Positions 1-12,900 of a stretch of 45,791 nt of DNA are shown here, piece after piece. Source of the DNA: Catajapyx aquilonaris (Eukaryota); NCBI GenBank assembly GCA_000934665.2, contig JYFJ02003156.1:1-45791 (forward strand), read 5' to 3'. The number at the start of each line of letters is the position of its first letter. Positions within the stretch are counted from its first letter, which is position 1. The notes beneath the pieces were generated by a model that was not told the origin of the DNA, did not search any database, and saw nothing but the letters and a program-made list of their open reading frames with translations. Position numbers and translations under genes: made by a program.

Positions 1-97
1 AACTACATGCCTGCTCCAGCTGAACTTGCATCTGGGACAGCTAAAATGCGGTTGATAAAAATTATTTGCTTTCACAGCCATATCCTTTTTTTGAGTG

Positions 98-466
98 GAG
101 GATCGATTTAAGTATAGGAGTCATTATGTATGGCCGCCGCATTACTGAGATAAATGCTCGCAAACATGTAGTACAAAATATCCTGTCGGTTAGGCCACCC
201 ATCGAACCCTCCCCCAGTCAGAAGGCTCTGGAAGGTCTGGGGGCGGGACTTCGTTGGTTTGTTGCCCACAGGTGGTAAGGCCTCTTTGGCTAGTTACACC
301 AGAAAATTCTATTTAAAAGTCAGAAGGAGCGATTAGGCAAAAATCGCTAAAGAGTGTATCTCCGTAATGCGGCGGCCAAACATAATGATTCCTATACTTG
401 AATCGATCCTCTGGTGGCTAGGAAGGCTGTCATATACGTCGGGGCACTGAGTTCAGATACACCCTG
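98..466. mobile_element. MITE relic, Tc1/mariner-type end; left terminus lost or degraded
   Basis: 55-bp inverted repeat 98-152 / 357-411 with 4 mismatches; right end reads CAGATACACCCTG then TA (467-468), i.e. a TA-CAGGGTG terminus on the minus strand. Confidence 0.7.
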
Positions 467-3400
467 TATACACTCCAAAGTGAACCCTGGAGTGCAGAGT
501 TTGCACTCCAGTTGGTACTGGTTTTTAACATCGCTAAACCCAATAATTAAAAATCAAGAACTCCAAGAAAACATTTTGTACTCCAGCTGAAAGCCTGGAT
601 GGCAAACTTTGCCGCTGGACTAAAAAAATTAAAGATTCAATCCCTGAAATGGACATAAAAATCATGTGCGTACACATCCGTGAGTTGTTTCAAAAAACCA
701 AATTTCTTTATTAAACAAAAACCCACATGTGCACATCTGTAAAGGCCCGTATGTGCCATTCACCGTTTTCAGATATACCTCGTGAAAAGTCGCCGACCCC
801 CCGTGACCAATAGTGGTATATCAGCAGACTCCCCCCCCCCCGCCCCCCCGCCCCCAAAAGTGTCACGTGGTATTTGCACGACCCCTGTGTTTATGAGTAC
901 CGGTAATGTTGCTGGTCCGGCTCTTTCACTCGGCTGGATCAGCACAGGTGGATATTACTGCTCATTGTAATGCGGGGGTGGGGTTCGTACCGGGTTCGTA
1001 CATGACTGCTGTTGAGTGAAGTGATGAAGCAGAGCTAGAACTCCCTGCTTATGTACTGTAGTACTGTCGAGTACTGTTCACTGAATCTCTCTATAGTCTA
1101 TCTATGCCTTTATTTTATATCTCGATGAATTCTCCATCTTTCTGTGGTATTGAGGCGGCACTAGTACCTTCATGATCTCCATCCTGTCTCAAGACGCAAC
1201 ATTAAAGTGTAGACCATATTACGTCTAAACTAAAATAAACATTACTGGGCACGACAGACTTTCGACTTGAGTCTATGTTTACAGCACGGTCCAGATTACA
1301 GAGTTATCTGAAAAATCATTGGTTCGACTACTATACACAACACGTGTGATACTGTAGAGGTAACGACGTGACGCTGTGCATTATCTTATACATATGTAAT
1401 ATGTGCATTATCGAGTGCTCGCGATGTCGATGTAATTAAACTGGGGAAATTTAAAACCATTATCCATGACACTAATAGAGGCGACACATTCTCCGTAAAC
1501 ATTATGACGCCATTGACGAATCAATCTTAATGAGCTCGCGTGAAAGTATTGGGGATCGGAACCCTATCAGTATTGCTAATTAATTAACTCGTTAATTAAT
1601 GCTTGCTTAAACAATATTGTTAATTATATGCCGCTTGGCAATTAATAACCGGCCTCGCGCATTGTGACTTTTTCAAAATATCTTCCGAGTACACCTGCGC
1701 CAAAATGTGTCCTTGAGTTGGGCATGTTTGTCACATTGAATGTGACATCCAACTCCATGCTCTCCAACTGGTCGCCATGTTGCCAGCCAAATCCTCCCGC
1801 TGGCGTTTCATGTAATGATAGAATTACCCGGGGATGTAGATTGAGGGCTGTGCGGGAGGCCAGGGGTGGGGAGGGGGGAGGTAGGAGGGTGGCGGTGGGG
1901 AGGAATTCATAGGCCTGTGATGCAGACGAGCATGACAAGTTCAAAGGGCGCGGGAGGTTTTCAGGCCGCCTGGGCTGGGACTAATAAAATGATTGTGACG
2001 GCAACAGGAGCATGGGCTGACTCGTATCAACGTTGATTTGCAGGGATCACCTAACGCACCAACAAGGAGAACGCCATCTGTTGGCCATCACTAGGCCTAC
2101 TCATGGCGGCCCATTTCAAAATGCATAGTTTTGGGTAGTAGTGTCCGAGCAGGGGGTGGGGTGGGGTGGGGGTGGTTTGATGAGCGATTAATTAAGCGTG
2201 TGACAGCAAATGCGGCGATGATCCATTTCCTGCCGACGGGAAATGATTTCCGATTGGAGCTCAATAGCGGCGCGTTGATGAACTCGCCTGCGACCTGCAT
2301 TATGTGAATCCGCGCACCTGTTCCCGCACCCAACTATCTATCCATCTATCGCCCTGATCACATTTCGCTATTTTGTCTGCCCAAAGAGGACTTTTTCATT
2401 CCCACCCCTCCCTCCCCGCCGCGTCCCTCCCCCGCCATCATCCCAGAGTACGGGCCTCCCGGATATGAATGATTTATTTGCATTAATGTCCGAATCAATA
2501 TTTCAAAGCCTGGCTAATAAACACACTTTACGACCATCAGTTTTTTTTTCGTGCAAATCAGACTGATTTTTGTATAAGCCCTGATTGGCTAGGTCGGAAT
2601 TAATTCGCGGGCCTGGCATGAAACGGGCAAAGTGGGCCATTGGGTGTCGGTCTGGACTTCCTTTGTCAGGATTCCCGGGATCCCATGCGGCACAAAACCC
2701 AAATGTCCCTTCTCGGTCTCGCATCGGAAGCCACGGGTGACAAAAAGGCTGGAGAATAAGGAGAAAAACATGTCAGTCCCGGAACTGCGCCTGGATGCCT
2801 TAAAAGAGCGGTTTTGGACTAGTGAACATTCAAGTTTGTCTCGCCCTTACCAAGACACTTTTAATGCACGTGCATTACCGCCTCACTGCCCAAGACATGT
2901 CTTAGAGGAAGAAAAAAAAAGATAAAAATTCTATCCGCGTTGCAATGCGCTTGTGTGCAAATGGCCAGTGTCATTTAGTAGGGCGGCCATCTTTGCCAGA
3001 AATAAATTCGCGCAATATACAGATTGTATAGCACCAAGTGTCACTCGACCCACCGTTTGCGGTAACTGTTATTGGTTCCGCAACTGCCATGTAACTGGTA
3101 ACGGGGCCGGCTCGTAGTCAATAACACTAATTGTACGGTCGCATTGTTACATAGACTTTAATCACGTTAATGGAACTGTACTTGCGCAATTCCAGTGGTC
3201 CGGTGCACTTTATTATCTTATGCTCGGGCGTGGTTCATCGAGAGCATGACTGTGGTTCATCGAAAGTCGACCCTGGAACCGGGGGCAATCAAAGCGTGAA
3301 CATGGTTGACAATGAGGCCAATTGAAACCTAGATAACCAACTACATCAATAACCATGTTTAATTTACTGTAATTATATGGTCATTGCTTTCGCGTTATTG

Positions 3401-4585
3401 ACATTTCGATTCTGATCCTATTTGATGAGAGAACGTGGTGTACTATTTATACCTTCATCACATCGTGTACAAAATATACATATATTATGTAACGTGGGTT
3501 TATGGTGTATTTGTCTCTTTTTGGTTTTGTGCTATAATAACGCCAATTGTGACGTCAAGCTGTTACTGTCGACTGCCTATCCGCCTTGGGATTGGGTTGA
3601 CATCAAAAGGGGCGGAGTCATTCATACTTGCACTGCATTGTATGAGCAAGAATGTCGTGGTGCATTCTGTCGATATTCTGATTTTGAGAAATGCTCTTTT
3701 CAATTATTATACTTTGAATATGTTGCATGCGACTTCATCCCATGTCGATGTTCAACATCTGGACTGCGGGAGACTGTCTTGTAGGTTGTGGCATGTCATT
3801 TTTTCCCCCCGATTGTTTCCAACTGGTGATCAGGATTGTCACGCCATATTTTGATGCCTGATATTATCAAGGTTGTTTGAGTTATGTTCGTTGACACGTC
3901 AGAAACCTTGATGACTTCTTCTGATCATCAAGTATACAGTACTGTATAGATTGGTCGTTATTCTCATTAGTCTTTTTTGCTACTGCATTCTCGATATCTT
4001 GCAACTTTTTTAATGCAATGAATTTGTTCATATTCCGAACTCGGTCACGTGCAATAGCTCTCCCCTAAAATTATGCTTCATTTGGAGAACACTTCTCTTA
4101 CACTTTAAGCAGGCTACAGGATGCGTCAGAACTACTCGAAATCCCACCATGGAACTCTTTGGTCAAAACAACTAAAATGTTGGGGTGAAAAAAATTAAAA
4201 ACTAACCGTGAACGACATCAAGGACTATAAACATGTTAAGAAATTAAGTAATGGATAATATCTGAGAACTTGTGTTTACTGCTATTACAAAAGGGAGTCA
4301 ATTAAATCGCCTGTGTGTGACGTCATATTACTCCCTATATAGGGCTTGGCACTCCTCTTTGAAGTGTACACCTGATTACGCGAGTGGTTCACCCTCGTGT
4401 ATGTCATTTATGTAACTTACATAAAGCTGCCATTAACTTGATCACCATATATAACCCTTATTACAATATTACTGTATTACACTATAGTCTAGCAAACATG
4501 TAATACCGAGATGTTACACCACACATAACTGATGAGAAACTAGATAGGAAAAAAAGAAAGAACCCACAAGAATGCCAAGAGTATT

Positions 4586-4640
4586 GTTGGGAGGATCCCA
4601 GGTTCGAATCCCTGTTTGGTGGTTTCCGGGGCAAGACCTA
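4586..4640 (+). mobile_element. Fragment of a tRNA-derived SINE head
   Basis: GGAGGATCCCAGGTTCGAATCCC carries a pol III B-box (GGTTCGAATCC), followed by GTGGTTTCC resembling the SINE body at ~27827; no A-box or TSD seen. Confidence 0.4.
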
Positions 4641-4775
4641 TAATGAGTGAAAAGCCCTCGAAGAGACAAGAGATCCTTCCTGTTGGCAAAAAAAGAGAGA
4701 AATCCATGATGGAGTATCGAAAACCCTCGACCAACAGCAGAGAGGTGAAAGGGTAGGTGCATGAGGCAGACGGGC

Positions 4776-4795
4776 GAGTGAGTGAGTGAGTGAGT
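4776..4795. repeat. (GAGT)n microsatellite
   Basis: Five tandem GAGT units. Confidence 0.85.
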
Positions 4796-7700
4796 ATAGG
4801 TGTAAGCAGTCCAGGGTAGTCTGAAGCTGGTGGGTATCCATCTGCAGTGAGTTCCGGGACAGCGTGTCCGTCAGCTGGAATTGAGTAATACTGGGCTGGC
4901 GGTAATTGATAGCCAGCTGCATTCAAGCGCTGTCTGTCACCCCACCAACCTTCCCCCCCTCCCTGCAAGCTGCACCCGTGTCCACTGCACACTGTGTTTT
5001 AACATTTGAACACCCCCGCCTGGGCCACCCAACCACTTTACCATGCATATTCGCTCGCTTATAAAATGCTAAAGTGGACACGTGTAGGGGGAATATAATG
5101 GCTGCAATTACAATGGGCGCTGGTTTTAAGCCCGCTCTGTTTATGGCTCCGGATTATTCCCGCTCTCTTTGTCTGCCCTGATTTGGGCCTCTCCCTCCAG
5201 ATGAAAGCACAACTCAACACACTGGCCTACCCCTGTGTGCGTTGCCTTTTTTTTGCGACTTTACCCGGCTCGTGTTATTCGCAGGGACACTAATTGTGTT
5301 GTGGGGGGATGGGACCGGTCTGGGAAATGTTGGCCCAACACGCCTTGCCTCAAATGTGCAAGCTCCATAAGCTCATTTGCGTCTTAACTCGATTCGAATC
5401 AGGTTGAACGTGCCACACACATGACCCGGGGACCCATTTGGGGACAGGGTTGCACTTTTTGTTCATTGTCTGCCACCGGGCTTAATTGTTCAAACTTGTG
5501 GCATCAGGCTAAGGTGCTCGATTTATTCATAGTACACAAGCACTGGGGTCTGTATCAATACCAGCGGTATAAAATGGAACCCACAATGTGTGGGTCGGGA
5601 TTAAATTAGGGTCCGCACGTTGCGGGGACCATTAGATACCGCTGGTTTTGACACGGTTCGTAAATTCGGGTCAGTGTGGCGCGGCCCTCTAATGCGAACC
5701 CGATATCAAGTGTTTGGTTTTTGGCGTTGGTCAGATGGAGTCGTCTAATGCAAAGGCGTGTGTGTAACCTAGGCTGACAAGTGTGTCAGTCGTCAAAGAG
5801 GTGGGAGAAGGAGTGGAGTGTGTATCAAGTTTTGGAGACACCCAGGACGCTCTTGCATGCCAAGGATTAGGATGAACAGGCTTTGGGATAACAATGTGCC
5901 GCATTTTTTAAAACACCAAAAGTAAGAGAACAAGTAATACTACAAAATAATGAAGACCTGGAATGCGTATCAAGAGTCACATTTTGATCAAAATTGAGCT
6001 AGGCTTTGTTTACAGTCCTGGAAGGCTACTTTTCGAGGTGGAGTCTGCTAAACATATTACAACCTGCCAGATTAATATTCTTGGAAGAAATAATACTAGT
6101 AATTGCGACTCATTCCGTACGAGCTAAGCTTTCAACTACTTGAAACCGTCGCGTCGCATCTTGAAATCAGTCAAATGCGATCTAACTGATTATGATCGTT
6201 TTCAATATCAGGACTTGACATATTAACCTGATATTAGCCCGATATAATGTGCTCTCCCCGTAATTGGAAAAACTTGAATACTGTGTTCCACGACTAGAAC
6301 TTTTTTACATCACATACGCACTATGCAGTACGTGTGTTCTTTTGCGCTTTAAAAAATTGGCGGTGTCGTCATGTGGGTTGGGCTTCTACAAATTCGACGT
6401 AGAATTTTTGGATATTTGCCCACATACTGAGTGCTTAAAGTACCTTACGCTGCAGCAAAAATACTGCATGCTCTCCCTTTTTTTTTGGCCGAGCTATATT
6501 ACAAATTGATGGTACAACGCCCGCAAAACTCAATTCGCGAAGGATGTAGAGCCCATTTCCGAAACCCAGCCCGTTGCGCAATTTACACCATTGCTAGAGG
6601 CATTGGCAAATTTTTTTGTGTACTTATGTGTGAATTTTTAACTTTGTTTTTCCCCGAAAACTTTTCTGGCTGCAAACCCTAAAGCGTACGTTATGTTGTT
6701 TTCGACTGTTTATGCAGTATTACATTAGTTTCCTTCAAACTTTTTACCGGTGCCGATGTGCATTGTTTGAAACATAGCTGGAGACTCCATCCCAATATCA
6801 AAATATGAACAAGGGTAACTCAAAATATTTCCCTCGGTTTTTATGGTGTGTTTTCATTTTTGGGTGTATTGGAGTTGTGAAATTATTCCCAGGAGCGCAA
6901 GAAGTTTATAACAATGTGCATTTTAGAATGCTCAGTTTGCCGAGGCTCCTTTTAATAGGAAAATGCAAGTAAATGAAACGTGAAATAATTAATGTAATAA
7001 TAATGTTAAGCACTGCAGTAATTACAGCATTACCTTTCAGTTGACTGTGTAGGAAAAAGTAACTCTTTATGCTGCACAGGGAAATATGAATCTAATGCCA
7101 TTGATCTGTGACAATGAAGGGGTTGATTGCACAACTTTGCACTTAAGTATTGAATCTCTAAAATGAAACATTAGCTTTGCTAGCAGTTCCGAGGGATTCT
7201 GAAAATAGCAACTGAAATATATTCAAAATATTGTCAAGTAAAATATATTGTTGCGCGCATAGCTGATCGAAAGAGGTCATATAGATTTATATAGTCTAGA
7301 CATTGGCTTTTAGTGCTGTCCAACTTAATGACTATTTGCTACATTTGTGGCGAAGGAAATTAGTGTAGTAAATATTACTTTTATATGCAAAGTTACGTTT
7401 TGCAATTTTTTTAAAAATTTTTTGCTTGCGTAATTACTAGATAATTTTGTGGTGGGAGTTCTGTGAGTGGGTGTCGTATATTTCTACCACACTCCTGCGG
7501 TAAAATTTACCAAGACCTAAACATATCTGCCACGATTTATTAACACAAGCATTTGTGCATAAAATGATAGACTATACTGCATAGTAAGTTACTTTTAACT
7601 TGTCGAATAATATATTAACTACTGTAATACGAAACTGTCTGAATAACTTGAGTAGAAAAATCACTTTTTCCCACAGAGTAAGTTATATGTAATTAGTTTC

Positions 7701-9675
7701 TTCTTAAAAGTGACTTCTTTAGATATGGTAAGTATAGTACAGGTTCATCCCTGAAAACAATGCTGTTACCGCTGTGCGTAATGACTTCTTGCGTAATAAT
7801 AGTTTTCCTACCACTTCAGTCTTGTAATTTCAAAACAAAACACAAAAGAGTAGTTTAAGAATTCCTACTTTACTAAATTTTCCACCAAAATGTCGATTAC
7901 ATTGTATCCACGTCCATTGCGAATATTTTTAAAAAATATGGACTTTCGAAACTGCTGGTGTATAAGTGAAATTCAAGGGATCCCATAGAATCCGAGGACG
8001 GAATGAAATTGGAGACTCGGTATTCTTACGGAAGCTATAGTGGTAATCGTGAGGAATCAAAGGAATCTAGTGAAATTAGGAAATACAAAAGAGAGAGGGA
8101 TTCCAGCAGGGAGTATTCAGGTGTAGACTTTTGTCAAGTGCTTTTCCTAAACCGGGATCTTCCTCGATATGCCGAGTAAAGGTTTACACTGCATTCAGGT
8201 ACACGGATATGGGCCTACACACTGTAAGTTTGAGCATAAAAAGTAGGTTACCATCGTGATTCCTGGAAGCCAGCAGAAATCTTCAATAATATAGGAGAGT
8301 TCACTTGGAAGCGTAGAAAGCAATAAAATTCAGAAGGGAAGCCTAACGAGCACCTTATCAAGTTATTTACAGTGCACTTGCTTCTGAATGAATCGTTATT
8401 AATTCCACCGTCGTCATAGGCCGGGGAGGGTATGGGTAAAAGGGAGTTGGGGTAGAGATGGGGAGTTGGGGGTCCGGAGAGAAGTGTGGTAGAAACTTTT
8501 CTACAGAAGCTTTTCTCCGCCTCTTTTGGCTTCTTTGTGCAGATGCTGACGAGAAAATTAAGTGGCGCATGGTTTTCGAGGAAAGTTTCTCCTCACTTTG
8601 GCCTCATTTATGCACGTTAATTTTGTTCCCGAAGACGCCGCATGGATAAACGTAGGGGGCGGCAGCCATGTTGACTAATCAGCCCAATTTGATCAACTGC
8701 TGGGGCGTCATTTTGGGGGAACTAACCGTTACTTTCGGATTTTTTTTCTTGAAAAGATATCTTTGTATTGAGCTAATCGAGTTTTAATTATTCCGAAGTC
8801 ACTGTTTGAGAAGTATGGGGTGTCACCAGGTGGGAGTGGGTCAAACAGGATCATTCTCACTTGTCAGTATATGATGCTGCGAATTTGAGCATGTATACTG
8901 TATATGGCTTTCCACCCCCACCCCCACATCTCCTACATCACTCACGGTCACTAAGGACTATGCACCATCCCTCCTGTCCCCTATATGTACCGAAAGTACG
9001 CGATATTAGTGGCAATGGACCCTCTATTTCGTTTCTTCTCTCAGTTGATACATGAGCTGGCTTCAAGCAATATGACTGGCCAACCGGGGCGAAAAATGAG
9101 AGCTGACGCGTACGTGCATCTCATGGACTGAAAACTGAATCCGTTCCTGTTTAAACAGCAATACGGCTTGAGTGTAGCTGAAAAACCGGAAAGCGCCCTC
9201 CGCGTCCTAAATGGGCCCAAATGGGAACCAAGTTTATTGTTAAACACAACAAATGAATCGGTGAGAATGGAAATTGCCCCTAGCTCACTTTTTTTTACAA
9301 AATTGAGGTAGTGGTTGGAAGGGAATATAGGCGAATAGTAATTCCCACTGGATCCCATAGTAACATCCACTTTAAGAAAGGAACTCTGTTCAGAAAAGGG
9401 CCCCAATTCAAAAATGTAAACACTTGAAAAATATGCCGAGTGAAGCACCAGGTGATCAGGTCTAATATACTCTTATACATCCGTTTAGAGTAAAATACAT
9501 TTTTTTTTACCTGTCCCATAAAGTTGCGAGGCGTGGGTCCTTTTCATTCTCACCTATTCAGGTAATCAATACATCATCATAATCACGACACTTCCCAATA
9601 AAAGGGGTAGTCCAGGATGAGGTGATAAGAGTGTTGTTGAAGTGTTGTTGTTGAAGTGTTGTATTCATCAATACG

Positions 9676-9999
9676 CAGGAAGTCCCGGGTCTATACTGGG
9701 TTACGTTCCTGAAAATCTCTATATTAGTCGGATTTGTACTTGTACATAACTCGAATCTCTGAGGAACAGATCATACATACAGCGTAAAGATGCCTTTCCA
9801 ACGAACGGCTTACGTCATGTGTGTTTGTTTACATGATGCGCGGAAGAACGGAATTTCCCAATTGTTTTATTGTACAGTATTTATGTTGAACTAGGTGTTG
9901 GTCAACGTACGAAAAAGTGATTGAAAGTGGAGGGATATCAGTTGGTAAAGTATCCTTATCGGGAACCTTGGGACTAACCAGGGTATCAGGGACTATTTG
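9676..9999. mobile_element. Possible old pogo/Tigger-like MITE relic
   Basis: Left CAGGAAGTCCCGG vs reverse complement of right end CAAATAGTCCCTG (9/13); TA at 10000-10001; left end continues GGGTTACGTTCC, reminiscent of Tigger-type ends. Confidence 0.3.
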
Positions 10000-12900
10000 T
10001 AATACCTACAATCATTAATAAAATTAAACCCTAGTTACAGGGTTGTACACTTGCTGAATTTAGTAAAATGCGATGAATGACTCACACCAGTTGCGCCTGC
10101 GCTTTCCACTTACACGTATACACTTCTGGAACTACCATGCGTATGCACCACTGGGGTGAGACATACAATACGTTTTTCCACGCTCCGTTGTTGAAGTGTT
10201 CACTTGGGTATTGCACACACCCTGGATTACATAATATACAGTTTATTACAACAGAGGTGATTGTTGCATTGAACGTCTTTTTAAGCTCTTAACCTTTATG
10301 AGATATAAAAAGGTAAACTGCCAATATTAGGTAGAATATAAAAATTTATAAAGCACTGCGGGTGGATCTAGCCTGGGAAAAATGGGCTCAACCCGTTCAA
10401 CCATAGATTTCAGATGCCATGGTCCAAAATGGGGTCACTCGCAATGTCTCGCTACTTTGACAGTTGAGCGCCAAAAATGTGCAATAAATAAAATATTCCA
10501 AACATGTTGTAAGTTTTCAAATTTGATGGGTTTCCCCCCAATTCTGACCAATTGGGATGGTTTGAGGACTAGTGTGTGTTTGTCAAGCTAGCGAATGGAA
10601 GTTGGTGTGAGAGGAGAAAACATCGATCTGTTAGTCTGATTGGCGGCTGAGAGCGAAGGAGTTAATCCTGTTGGGCGCCGGACATGACCACCAAGGTAAT
10701 CTTGGCCGGCCTAAGCATTCGACTAATCTCCCTTTGAGCACGTGCCGGCATTTCCATTGGCCAGCCGCCTCCCCTTCTATCCGGATTTGGGTCGCTAAGG
10801 CCCCGGATTACATTACTCCTATTCATGTCATTCCACCAGCCCACCAACATATCAACACCTGCGCTTGGGTAAATACGTCGGTACACAACGCCTATCGATT
10901 GCCAGAATTTCTTGGGAAAAAAAGTTCCACGGCAAAACGCGATTTTTGAGGACGTTCCCCTAAACGCGATTTTTGTTGAAGAACCGCCCTTTATAGCCAT
11001 GTTCCCTTTTGAAGCTGTAGTTTTTGGGGACTGAGTTACAACAACAAGTAATTTAGCGATGGCGGTGCTGGCAATGGCAGACAGTTTAAATGCTTTTAGG
11101 GCTGGCTCGTTCCGAGTGCGACTTGCATCCAGATATTGGGGCATCTCCATTATAAAGCTTGGCCCCCCCGCCACGAGTTGGCTTTGTCAGCGTGACAATT
11201 AGGACCCAAACAGAGTCGGCGCCGGTCGCGTCTTTATGCTTTCCCCCGACCATTCTCTCTATATCTGCGTTGCAAGGCGCACAGCAACAATGGTCGGGAG
11301 GCTTGGGGGATGCCACCCGGGAATTCCGTCTCGGCACTGCAGGTGTAAACAATCGCAAAAGGAAATGTGCGGCGGGGCTTTAGGCACACTGGAAACTGTT
11401 CAACATTCGTAAACTAGGTTAAACTGCTAGCAGTTACGGGAGGTTTCCATCCCACAAACTTTGCACGCCCATTGACATCCTAGTTAAACGACTACCTCCA
11501 CCAGGGATCATCCCAAAGTCACTTTCCGGATCTTTTGCCAACGACTGCGGCCTTATCATTTGCAGCCTAGGGACTGGTCTAGCCCAAAGTGATTAAGCTC
11601 CACTCCTTTGAAGCTGGATCCTCAGCACATGCCACACATAGGCTCTCTGAAGGGTTCAACTCAGGTACACTGTCATTCATGTTTCGACTTGGACACGAGA
11701 ATTCTCATCTCGGGTTCAGGCTTGACAACCGAAACATTCCGTTTTCAAGTCTGAATCCGAGTTTCAAATATTGATCAGGGTATTGAAACGTGCTATGTTG
11801 TTACGATACTGCAGTGCGGAGGGGATCCAGTGTGACAATTTTGCTGGAAATTGTCGCCACTGTACGCGTTTCTTGTTTAATAATGGCAATTACAGAAGCT
11901 CCATTGTGGGTTGTGGGGAAGTGATCACAAAGGGCTAGAGCTGAGGGAAAGGCGTTTAAGAAAAGGGTGGGAAATAGTCAAATGGCAGCGTATAAGGGCC
12001 ATGTAAGAGCCTGCGCCCTGACAAACGCGCGCATTTGTCTCCGCAGCTGGCACAAACAGCCGACGTTCTCTCTCCTTTTAATCCCAGCCGTAACTCAACA
12101 CCTTCCGTTTTTCTTCCGTGCCACGAAAAAGGGGAGAGGGAATAGTTATTTTCTGGATATATGTAGGGCTGGTCAATCCGATGCATTGTTACCACCTCAG
12201 TATCCGACCAGGCGACCCGTTGCGCCAGCCATTGATGATCAGGATTACTCATTAATAATTTAAGCTTTTACTATTATAGATATACCGATTGCATATTTGG
12301 CAAAATTGTTATTTACAGCCTTACGAGTCACTCGCTTTTAAGAATGATTAAAAATTGACCCGTATGCAATTGTCATTTACAGACCATTGTACGTAACGCG
12401 CATTATTATTAATGCGAGGTAAAATCAAGTATCCACCGAATCCATTGAAATCATGTGAGGCTGCACTGTAGTGACATGATAAAAGAAGCGCATTGACTAC
12501 ACTATCCTGCTTGCCGGATTACAAATTGAATGGTAGCCGGGGAAAAATGAAAATGCTGGATATGTTAGTCCCTATTATCTAATCCAGATAGGTGGTTGTA
12601 AATCGCACTGACGCGGCCGATTTTAATATGAATTCCTGCACGCCTTGCATGAACGCCCCATTAGAATAAATGGCGGCACATGCCTCCTGCTCTTTGCCTG
12701 TGCCGATAATTGACCCACATTTCCGGAATTTTATTTCCTTGTCCGCGCCATTTGACTAGTCCAATGGAAGATTCTTCCCAACACTCCTTCATCAGCATTC
12801 CACCACCAACTGTGAAACATGGCCTTTATTTTGTCGTGTTTGGCCAACAGATTAGGCAACATCTGATGCCATGGCAGACTGCGCATGTGGATGCGCGCGC

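Noticed and set aside
4271..4465. Possible solo LTR (TG...CA, TATA-like and ATAAA signals)
   Set aside because: No TSD, no convincing terminal inverted repeat, no second copy.
7979..8179. Stop-free, charged-residue-rich frame
   Set aside because: Short, purine-biased, with no splice signals or recognisable homology.
9304..9325. TGAGGTAGTGGTTG resembling let-7
   Set aside because: Match decays after the 5' half and no complementary arm for a precursor hairpin is visible.
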